NCBI GenBank assembly: GCA_012961725.1
Contig: DTYU01000062.1
Coordinates: 1 to 32,380 of the forward strand
Direction of reading: 5' to 3'
Source: Desulfotomaculum sp.
Lineage (GTDB): Bacteria > Bacillota > Desulfotomaculia > Desulfotomaculales > Ammonificaceae
DNA length: 32,380 nucleotides
Below are positions 25,591 to 32,380 of this stretch, piece by piece; within the stretch, counting starts at the first letter, position 1; each line of letters starts with the position of its first letter. The position numbers and the translations under genes are program-made. Under the pieces are notes generated by a model. It worked only from the letters and a program-made list of their open reading frames with translations. It made no database searches and was not told the origin of the DNA.

Positions 25591-26079
25591 GTGCTTGAGG
25601 GGAGAGTCTTCAAATTCGGCGACAACATCGATACGGACCTAATCATTCCTGCGCGCTACCTAAACACCAGCGACCCGGCTGAGCTGGCACGGCACTGCAT
25701 GGAGAACGTTGATCCCACCTTTGCCAGCCGGGTGAGGCCTGGGGATATCATCGTCGCAGGGACAAACTTCGGCTGCGGTTCCTCCCGGGAGCATGCCCCC
25801 GTTGCGATAAAGGCGGCGGGTGTGGCCTGCGTGGTGGCGAGGAGCTTCGCCCGGATCTTTTACCGGAACGCTTTTAACGTGGGGCTGCCGATTTTGGAGT
25901 GTGCCGAAACCGACAACATACCGGCAGGAAGCCGGTTGCAGGTTGATCTGACGAACGGAAGGATCAGGGTGGTCGACAGCGGGCAGGAGTACCAGGCACG
26001 GCCGGTGCCGCCGTTCATGCAAGAGATAGTTGCGGCGGAGGGCCTGATACCTTATGTCAAGGCGCGCTTGGGTAAATGA
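25591..26079 (+). CDS. leuD: 3-isopropylmalate dehydratase small subunit
   Basis: GTG start directly after the leuC stop. 162 aa. GDNIDTDLIIPARYL and FGCGSSREHAP. Confidence 0.9.
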   Translation: MLEGRVFKFGDNIDTDLIIPARYLNTSDPAELARHCMENVDPTFASRVRPGDIIVAGTNFGCGSSREHAPVAIKAAGVACVVARSFARIFYRNAFNVGLPILECAETDNIPAGSRLQVDLTNGRIRVVDSGQEYQARPVPPFMQEIVAAEGLIPYVKARLGK

Positions 26080-26114
26080 CTTGGTGAAGGACGGTTTCCC
26101 TGGGGGTAATACTG

Positions 26115-27716
26115 GTGAAAATAACGGTATACGACACCACGCTCCGTGACGGGGCGCAGACAGAAGGAATCTCCTTCTCGGTCGAAGACAAGCTGAAGAT
26201 AGCCCATAAGCTTGACCGGCTCGGGTTTCACTACATCGAGGGCGGCTGGCCCGGGTCCAACCCGAAGGATATTGAGTTCTTCAACCGTATCAGAGACGCC
26301 GAATTGGAAAGCGCTGTGATTACCGCTTTCGGCTCCACGCGGAAGAAGAACATCCGGCCGGCCGACGACGAAAACTTAGCCGCGATCATAAAATCGGGTG
26401 TCAAAGCGGCCACCCTGTTCGGGAAGAGCTGGGACTTCCACGTTACCCGGGCGCTCAATACCACGCTTGCCGAGAACCTCTCCATGATCCGGGAATCGGT
26501 GGCTTACCTCCGGGAGCAAGGGTTGGAGGTTATCTATGATGCCGAGCATTTCTTCGACGGGTACAAGGCAAACCCGGATTATGCCATCGAGACGCTGGAG
26601 GCGGCCGCGGCCGGCGGCGCCGCAGCGCTTGTCCTGTGCGATACCAACGGCGGCACGCTTCCCGGGGAACTGAAGGCGGCCGTAGAAAAAGTATGCAGCC
26701 GTTTCAGCCTGCCGGTGGGCATACACGCCCATAACGATGCGGGGATGGCGGTGGCGAACACCCTGATGGCCGTTGAGGCCGGAGCCAGCCACGTCCAGGG
26801 CACGGTAAACGGTTACGGCGAGCGTTGCGGGAATGCCGACCTCTGCACGGTTCTCCCCAACCTTACGTTGAAGTGCGGTATCAATACCATCCATCCCGAA
26901 AAAATGCGGCATTTAGTGGAACTTTCCCGGTATGTCAGCGAGATCGCAAACGTACATCCAAATCCGCAGCAGCCGTATGTAGGAATGAGCGCCTTCGCGA
27001 GCAAGGCAGGGGTGCACGTCAGCGCGGTGATGAAGGATCCTCAGACGTACGAGCACATAAACCCGGAGCTGGTCGGCAACCGCCGGCGGGTGCTTGTCTC
27101 GGAACTCTCCGGCCTTTCAAACGTACTTTACAAGCTCCGTGAACTGAACCTCGACCTGCCCACGCAAGGTGAGGCGGCGCGCCAGGTGCTTGCGGAGTTG
27201 AAAGAACTCGAGCACAGGGGGTTCCAGTTCGAGAGCGCTGAGGGGTCCTTCGAGCTCCTGCTGTTGCGGGCTGCCAACGGGCTTGAGAAGCCCTTCCTCT
27301 TGGAGAGCCTGCGCATATATACGGAGCTGAAGGAGGGCGGAGCGGTTCATTCCGAGGCCACCATTAAGCTCCGGGTTGCGGACGAGACGGTTCACACCGC
27401 TGCGGAAGGAAACGGTCCGGTAAACGCCCTCGATAACGCGCTCCGGAAAGCGCTCGAACGCTTTTACCCGAATATCGAAAAAATGCGCCTCACTGACTAC
27501 AAGGTGCGCGTGTTGGACGAGGCGGCGGGGACAGGAGCGCTGGTCAGGGTGCTGATCGAGACCGCCGATGGAGAGCGGACCTGGACCACGGTAGGCGTTT
27601 CCGCGAACATCATCGAGGCAAGCTGGCAGGCGCTCGCAGACAGCTTCGCCTACGGCCTCCTCAAAAGCAAAGGTACGGGTACAGAGACGGCATCTGGGGG
27701 TTCTCCCCCAAGTTAA
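26115..27716 (+). CDS. cimA: (R)-citramalate synthase (LeuA-family, CimA type)
   Basis: GTG start. N-terminus VYDTTLRDGAQTEGISFSVEDKLKIAHKLDRLGFHYIEGGWPGSNPKD closely matches my memory of the Geobacter-type CimA family, and is distinct from the LeuA at 22716. Confidence 0.75.
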   Translation: MKITVYDTTLRDGAQTEGISFSVEDKLKIAHKLDRLGFHYIEGGWPGSNPKDIEFFNRIRDAELESAVITAFGSTRKKNIRPADDENLAAIIKSGVKAATLFGKSWDFHVTRALNTTLAENLSMIRESVAYLREQGLEVIYDAEHFFDGYKANPDYAIETLEAAAAGGAAALVLCDTNGGTLPGELKAAVEKVCSRFSLPVGIHAHNDAGMAVANTLMAVEAGASHVQGTVNGYGERCGNADLCTVLPNLTLKCGINTIHPEKMRHLVELSRYVSEIANVHPNPQQPYVGMSAFASKAGVHVSAVMKDPQTYEHINPELVGNRRRVLVSELSGLSNVLYKLRELNLDLPTQGEAARQVLAELKELEHRGFQFESAEGSFELLLLRAANGLEKPFLLESLRIYTELKEGGAVHSEATIKLRVADETVHTAAEGNGPVNALDNALRKALERFYPNIEKMRLTDYKVRVLDEAAGTGALVRVLIETADGERTWTTVGVSANIIEASWQALADSFAYGLLKSKGTGTETASGGSPPS

Positions 27717-27751
27717 CCAATTATTTGTGTGGAACATAAGATACAATACCG

Positions 27752-27780
27752 TTGACATTGCCGTTTGGCCATAATAAAGT
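27752..27780 (+). promoter_or_regulatory. Possible promoter for glmM (TTGACA, 17 nt, TAAAGT)
   Basis: Perfect -35 at 27752-27757 but only a weak -10 (27775-27780). CATAAT at 27770-75 is too close to the -35. Confidence 0.3.
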
Positions 27781-27805
27781 TTTGCCCGAAGGGGGCTTTT
27801 GTTGG

Positions 27806-29161
27806 GTGGGGGTTCTTTTCGGTACGGACGGTGTCCGCGGAACAGCCAACAGAGAACTCGGAGCGGAATTGGCGTTTAGACTCGGCCGGGCGGGCGCCTG
27901 TGTACTTGCCCGCGAGGCGCGGTCTAAGCGTATCGTTGTAGGACGGGACACCCGGGCTTCCGGCGAGATGTTAGAAGCGGCGGTTGTAGCGGGGATGCTT
28001 TCGGCGGGAATAGATGCGCTCCTGCTTGGGGTTGTCCCCACGCCTGCGGTTGCGTATCTTACTAAGGCGCTTCAAGCGGCGGGCGGGGTGGTTATTTCGG
28101 CGTCGCACAACCCCGCGCCGGATAACGGGATCAAATTCTTTGCAGCGGACGGTTACAAACTGCGCGAATCAGCCGAAGAAGCAATTGAAGGGTTAGTATT
28201 GGGCGACATGTCCGGCATCCCTTCCCCCGTGGGGGCGGAAATCGGCCGGGCGATACCTGTGCCTGACGCCGGCGAGCGTTACATGGCGCACGCCTTGAGC
28301 ATTGGACCGCGGGACGCCGGGGGGCTCCGAATTGCGGTTGACTGCGCAAACGGGGCGGCCTACGCGCTTGCCCCCAAGATCTTTGGCGCGCTTGGTGCCG
28401 ATGTCATCCCGTTAGGGGTCGGGCCGGACGGGCTGAACATCAACGACGGCTGTGGGTCGACCAAACCACAGCTTTTGCAGGAAACAGTCCTCGCCCACGG
28501 TGCAGACTTAGGGTTCTCCTTCGACGGCGATGCAGATCGGCTGATCGCGGTGGACGAGAAGGGGAATATCGTAAACGGGGATGCCGTTATCCTGGCCTGT
28601 GCCCGCTACCTGAAAGCAAGGGGCTACCTCCCGCTTGATACCGTCGTGGTTACGGTTATGTCCAACTTAGGGCTTCACCGGGCACTTGCAGCCTCGGGAA
28701 TAAAGAGCGTTGTCACCAAGGTCGGCGACCGTTACGTCTTAGAGGAGATGCTGCGGACGGGGGTGCGCCTTGGCGGGGAGCAATCCGGGCATATCATCTT
28801 TCTCGACCATAATACCACCGGAGACGGGATTGTCACAGCCCTTTTTCTGCTGCGGGTGATGCAGGAGACGGGGAGGTCCTTAGGTGAGCTGGCGTCGGAT
28901 CTGGAGTGCTACCCGCAGCTCCTTGAAAACGTGAGGGTATACGATAAGGAGCGGGTCTTGAAAAGCCCGCTGCTTGCTGCGGCGATAAGGGAGCAGGAGT
29001 CAAGGCTCGGGGGTGACGGGCGGATTCTCATCCGTGCCTCCGGCACCGAACCGCTCATCAGGGTGATGGTGGAAGCGCGCGACCCGGAGATAATGCTCGA
29101 GGTGGTCGATGAACTGGTAAGGGTCGTCCAGGCAATCGAAGGAGGTGAGACCGCCGCTTAA
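27806..29161 (+). CDS. glmM: Phosphoglucosamine mutase
   Basis: ORF 27752..29161 trimmed to GTG 27806, giving MGVLFGTDGVRGTAN. ISASHNPAPDNGIKFF phosphoserine motif and GDGDADR-like FDGDADR. Confidence 0.9.
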   Translation: MGVLFGTDGVRGTANRELGAELAFRLGRAGACVLAREARSKRIVVGRDTRASGEMLEAAVVAGMLSAGIDALLLGVVPTPAVAYLTKALQAAGGVVISASHNPAPDNGIKFFAADGYKLRESAEEAIEGLVLGDMSGIPSPVGAEIGRAIPVPDAGERYMAHALSIGPRDAGGLRIAVDCANGAAYALAPKIFGALGADVIPLGVGPDGLNINDGCGSTKPQLLQETVLAHGADLGFSFDGDADRLIAVDEKGNIVNGDAVILACARYLKARGYLPLDTVVVTVMSNLGLHRALAASGIKSVVTKVGDRYVLEEMLRTGVRLGGEQSGHIIFLDHNTTGDGIVTALFLLRVMQETGRSLGELASDLECYPQLLENVRVYDKERVLKSPLLAAAIREQESRLGGDGRILIRASGTEPLIRVMVEARDPEIMLEVVDELVRVVQAIEGGETAA

Positions 29162-29198
29162 CAACTGGACTTTCTTTTGAAGAACAACCGAATACTCA

Positions 29199-29266
29199 AG
29201 CGCCAGAACTGTCTTGAAAGTCTATCACTACAAGTTGGAGCATAAACGAAACGCGGTGAGGAGCGA
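29199..29266 (+). other. Degenerate glmS-ribozyme-like 5' segment (consensus AGCGCCAGAACUG start)
   Basis: AGCGCCAGAACTGTC (29199-29213) matches the canonical ribozyme 5' end better than the copy next to the core does. The following AGTTGGAGCATAAACGAAACGCGGTGAGGAGC loosely parallels AGUUGACGAGG..UUAUCGAA..UUCGGCGGAUGCCUCC. Confidence 0.4.
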
Positions 29267-29272
29267 GCAATT

Positions 29273-29384
29273 TCAGAGGTCGGAGGCAAGAGGTCTGAGG
29301 TCAGAAAATAAGGAGCGAATTCGCTGTAGGCGAATTCCTACAATTGGTTATTCTGAATTCTGACTTCTAAATTCTGACTTCTGA
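29273..29384 (+). repeat. Long imperfect hairpin built from heptamers (NNNGAGG-type 5' arm, NNNTTCT-type 3' arm)
   Basis: Hand folding pairs 29273-29311 with 29348-29384: 27 Watson-Crick plus 5 GU pairs (G29278, G29282, G29285, G29292, G29299, all in the 5' arm). The apex holds the GCGAATTCGC palindrome and GTAGG-CGAATT-CCTAC. Confidence 0.8.
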
Positions 29385-29425
29385 CCAAAAAGAAGCTCAG
29401 TACGAGCAATGAAGAAGCTCATCGC

Positions 29426-29578
29426 CGCGCCCAGCGAAAGGACTACTGTCAAGACAGTTGACGAGGGGGAGGTTAATCGAGGTTACTTTCGGCGGGTGCC
29501 TCCCGGCTGGCCACGGCCGTTAGCGGTGTCACAAAACTGGCGGGCGACCGCCAGGACAAAAGCACCAGGTGGCGGAAG
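29426..29578 (+). ncRNA. glmS leader: glmS ribozyme (GlcN6P-dependent self-cleaving riboswitch)
   Basis: GCGCC at 29427-31. P1 is ACUGUC-AA-GACAGU (29445-58). Core is UGACGAGGGGGAGGUUAAUCGAGGUUACUUUCGGCGGGUGCCUCCCGGCUGG (29459-29510). Next comes GGCCGUUAGCGG, and then the P4-like CAAAACUGGCGGGCGACCGCCAGGACAAAAGC. It lies upstream of glmS. Confidence 0.85.
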
Positions 29579-29626
29579 GCGAAGTATGGCCTTTTTTAGG
29601 TTGAATCCTTAGTGCTCTGTCTATTG

Positions 29627-29662
29627 AGGGGCGCCGTGCTTGACCGCCGGCGTCTTTGTTTT
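29627..29662 (+). terminator. Terminator-like hairpin inside the glmS 5' UTR
   Basis: GGCGCCG (29630-36) pairs with CGGCGTC (29648-54) around an 11-nt loop. The stem is extendable by A-U and two GU pairs and is followed by TTTGTTTT. Sits between the ribozyme and the glmS ATG. Confidence 0.4.
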
Positions 29663-29734
29663 GAAGGATAACCTTTTTAGTAGGATGAGTGTCACCGACA
29701 CTTAACTCCGGAGAAAATTAAGGAGGCAACAAAG

Positions 29735-31561
29735 ATGTGCGGCATAGTCGGTTATGCAGGCCGCCAGCAGGCGCTGCCGCTGTTGCTGGAAGGTCTGAAG
29801 AAGTTGGAGTATAGAGGGTATGATTCGGCGGGCATTGCGGTGGTCGAGGAGGCGGGGCGCCTGGCATTGCGAAAGAGGGAGGGGAAAATAGCGCTGTTAG
29901 AAGCAGACCTAAACGGCGACTTTCCTCCGGGGACCACAGGCATCGGGCACACCCGCTGGGCCACTCACGGGGCGCCCACAGACACCAACGCCCACCCGCA
30001 CCTGGACTGTATGGGGCGTATCGCCGTGGTGCACAACGGGATTATCGAGAACTACCTCGAGCTTAGGCGGGAGCTTGCGGCACGGGGACACAGGCTTGTT
30101 TCTGATACCGATACCGAGGTCATTCCTCATTTGATCGAGGATTGCTACGAGGGAGATTTGCTTGCGGCGCTCAGGCGCGTGGTGCCGCTTTTGCGCGGGT
30201 CTTATGCTCTGGCGGTGGTTGCGGCCGCCGAGCCCGGCAGGGTCGTTGCCGCCAGGCGCGACAGTCCGCTGATCGTCGGGTTGGCCGCAGAGGAAAACTT
30301 CTTGGCCTCAGACATCCCGGCCGTCCTGTCTGCCACCCGCCGCACCTACATCTTGGATGACGGCGACCTGGCCGATGTCCGGCCGGACGGTGTCTTCGTA
30401 TGCGACGTGACCGGTTGCCGGCGGGACAAGAGGGTCTTTGAGGTTAAATGGGATGCGGCGCAGGCAGAGAAGGCGCCTTACGCGCACTTCATGCTGAAGG
30501 AGATACACGAGCAGCCGAAGGCCCTGCAGGATACCATGCGCGGCCGTTTGACCCGCGCAGAGGTCGTCTTTCCCGAATTGAAACTCGACCCTGCGGTCTT
30601 CAAGTCCTGCAAGCGCCTGTTTGTAACCGCCTGCGGTACGGCTTACCACGCCGGGCTGATCGGGAAGACGCTCATCGAACGGCTGGCACGCCTGCCGGTG
30701 GAGGTCGAAATCGCCTCTGAGTTCCGGTACCGCGAACCCCTGATCGGCCCGGGGGACGTATTGGTTGTCATCAGCCAGTCCGGCGAGACCGCGGACACCT
30801 TGGCCGCCATGCGGGGGGCAAGGGCGAAGGGGGCTGCCGCAATAGCGATTACAAACGTGGTCGGCAGTTCGGTGGCGCGGGAGGCTGACGAGGTGCTGCA
30901 TACCTGGGCCGGCCCGGAGATCGCCGTGGCTTCCACGAAAGCCTATGTCGCACAGGTGCTGGTACTTACGCTCTTCGCGGTTTACTTAGCAAAAGAACGC
31001 CGGACGGTACCGCCGGAACTCTCAAAAGAGCTGATTAGTGAGATTCCGCGTCTGCCTGAATACGCGGCCGAGATGCTGGCAAGGGAAGATGAGATCGCGG
31101 CGCTGGCGGCGGCGCACAAGGGCGAGGAACACACCTTTTTCATCGGGCGGGGGCTGGACTGGGCGGTGGCCTGCGAGGGGGCGCTGAAGCTCAAGGAGAT
31201 CTCGTACATCCACGCGGAGGCCTACGCCGCCGGGGAACTGAAACACGGCACCCTGGCGCTTGTGACCGAGGGAGTGCCGGTGATCGCCCTTGCCACGCAG
31301 CCGGCGCTCTACGAAAAGATGTTGAGCAACATCAAGGAGGTCAAGGCCCGTGGCGCCCGTGTAATGGCCGTCACCACCGAAACCGCCGGAAATATCGCGC
31401 AGGTTGCCGATGCCGTGGTCTCTTTGCCGCCGGTCCACCCGCTGCTTGCCCCGGCGATAGCGGTCATACCGCTGCAGCTCTTCGCGTATCACGCGGCCGT
31501 CGCCCGCGGCTGCGACGTCGACAAGCCGCGTAACTTAGCCAAGAGCGTAACGGTGGAGTAG
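29735..31561 (+). CDS. glmS: Glutamine--fructose-6-phosphate aminotransferase (isomerising)
   Basis: MCGIVGY N-terminal nucleophile Cys, 608 aa, two SIS domains, C-terminal KSVTVE. AAGGAGG RBS. Confidence 0.97.
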   Translation: MCGIVGYAGRQQALPLLLEGLKKLEYRGYDSAGIAVVEEAGRLALRKREGKIALLEADLNGDFPPGTTGIGHTRWATHGAPTDTNAHPHLDCMGRIAVVHNGIIENYLELRRELAARGHRLVSDTDTEVIPHLIEDCYEGDLLAALRRVVPLLRGSYALAVVAAAEPGRVVAARRDSPLIVGLAAEENFLASDIPAVLSATRRTYILDDGDLADVRPDGVFVCDVTGCRRDKRVFEVKWDAAQAEKAPYAHFMLKEIHEQPKALQDTMRGRLTRAEVVFPELKLDPAVFKSCKRLFVTACGTAYHAGLIGKTLIERLARLPVEVEIASEFRYREPLIGPGDVLVVISQSGETADTLAAMRGARAKGAAAIAITNVVGSSVAREADEVLHTWAGPEIAVASTKAYVAQVLVLTLFAVYLAKERRTVPPELSKELISEIPRLPEYAAEMLAREDEIAALAAAHKGEEHTFFIGRGLDWAVACEGALKLKEISYIHAEAYAAGELKHGTLALVTEGVPVIALATQPALYEKMLSNIKEVKARGARVMAVTTETAGNIAQVADAVVSLPPVHPLLAPAIAVIPLQLFAYHAAVARGCDVDKPRNLAKSVTVE

Positions 31562-31935
31562 CATAGTAGGCGCTTAGGGCGCCTGTAACGGCAACATGTT
31601 GTCAGTTTTGTAACCATTAAAGGACGCCTTACCTACGCCGCTGCCGTTTGTCGACTCGGGGCAAGCTCTGCGAAGTGCCGCTTAATTTTGGAAGTGAGAG
31701 GTTAGCAGTTGGGGGTTGGAACTCTTGCAGAAATTCGCCGGCCCCTTTTCCCAAGTGGCAGCTTGGAAAAGCCGAGATTTTAAACTATTGGAGGTTGCCC
31801 GGAAGTGCGGGTTTCTCCGACATCCCCCGAAATTTTTCTAAGGCAGCGGACCTTTGCAAGCAGGAAAATTATCGGTGCTGTACAATAAACTTCAATTGAC
31901 ATCCATGATCAAGGATCACCGGGAGGTGGAAGCTT

Positions 31936-32380
31936 ATGGAAAAGAGAACAAGATATCCGGTCCTCACCGCGCTCTTTACCCTGATTTTGCTCATTACCAT
32001 TCTTCCGCTGCCGGCTCTGGCATTCGAGCAGCCCGGCGGAGGCGTCTTGGAGCAGCATCAATCCGTACCCGCTTTGGCGCCTCGGCCTGATCTCGCTGTT
32101 TGGATGATCGAGTTTCCGCAAGTCACACTGGACGAATCCTCTCAGCGTGAGTACCGTTTAGACGAGGAGTATGCTCGACCGGAGCGCGGGCAAATCAGCG
32201 CGCCTTTCAAAGTCACCCAGGGAGAGTCGGTAGAGGTGACCGTAACCGTGCAAAATAGGGGAGATCCGAATAGCCTTTTTGCTGCAGCGGCCCCGGCCGG
32301 GTACTTGGTTGAGCTGATTCTCTCCCGGGATGACAAGATTCCGTACCACCCAGATCAGTGGATTTCACCTTCTTCGCCAC
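31936..32380 (+). CDS. 5' part of a secreted protein with a CARDB/Ig-like domain (runs off the window)
   Basis: Not in the ORF track because it is open at the window edge. ATG 31936 follows GGGAGGTGG. Signal peptide MEKRTRYPVLTALFTLILLITILPLPALA/FE. No stop codon to 32380 when translated by hand. KVTQGESVEVTVTVQNRGD resembles the CARDB domain start. Confidence 0.55.
   Translation, partial: MEKRTRYPVLTALFTLILLITILPLPALAFEQPGGGVLEQHQSVPALAPRPDLAVWMIEFPQVTLDESSQREYRLDEEYARPERGQISAPFKVTQGESVEVTVTVQNRGDPNSLFAAAAPAGYLVELILSRDDKIPYHPDQWISPSSP

Noticed and set aside
27117-27758. 213-aa antisense ORF at the end of cimA, and similar ones in glmS (30308..30901, 31022..31492)
   Set aside because: Shadow ORFs opposite confidently identified genes.
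29409-29612. 67-codon ORF between glmM and glmS
   Set aside because: It coincides with the glmS ribozyme core, has no RBS and translates to low-complexity sequence.
31566-31586. AGGCGC-TTAGG-GCGCCT hairpin after glmS as a terminator
   Set aside because: A short stem with no downstream U-tract, so I left it uncalled.
31648-32121. Track ORFs 31648..31899(+), 31854..32090(+), 31909..32121(-)
   Set aside because: No RBS. They overlap the better-supported signal-peptide ORF starting at 31936 or lie in the AT-richer leader.

Overview
GC-rich, almost entirely plus-strand housekeeping segment. Gene order, GTG/TTG starts, GGAGG ribosome-binding sites, a T-box-like leader and a glmS ribozyme suggest a Clostridia-type Firmicute (inference only). 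In order: the 5' end of an SDH/ClpP-fold protease-like gene (minus strand); a YkgJ-type Cys-cluster protein; a LysE-family exporter; a Memo/LigB-like::AMMECR1 fusion with its radical-SAM partner (a two-gene AmmeMemoRadiSam-type pair); a complete arginine operon argC-argJ-argB-argD-argF-argG-argH behind a promoter overlapped by an ARG-box-like palindrome; a 68-codon orphan gene with its own promoter and terminator; a TtuC/DmlA-like isopropylmalate-family dehydrogenase; an apparent branched-chain amino-acid supraoperon of about 13.4 kb (T-box-like leader, ilvE, ilvD, ilvB, ilvN, ilvC, second ilvB paralog, leuA, leuC, leuD, cimA); glmM; glmS ribozyme; glmS; and the 5' end of a secreted CARDB-like protein. 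I saw no transposase, integrase, CRISPR array, tRNA/rRNA gene or recognisable defence or toxin gene. The coding content is ordinary core metabolism. The unusual signal is non-coding. (1) Intercistronic modules are built from phase-locked heptanucleotide repeats (TTCTGAC-type, its purine complement, GGTTCRA, CGCATTA, CATCYGA). Several fold into long hairpins whose GU pairs always place G in the 5' arm, so they fold well only in the sense RNA. (2) A roughly 30-nt box, AATAATTTAGTATGGTGTCCCCGTAATTTT(GGAGG), occurs four times in one orientation upstream of start codons. (3) The T-box-like leader has a non-canonical acceptor-binding bulge. (4) The glmS ribozyme has a second, more consensus-like copy of its 5' cleavage-site strand about 225 nt upstream, separated from the core by one of the repeat hairpins. 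All functional readings of these elements are hypotheses and need computation or experiments I cannot run here.
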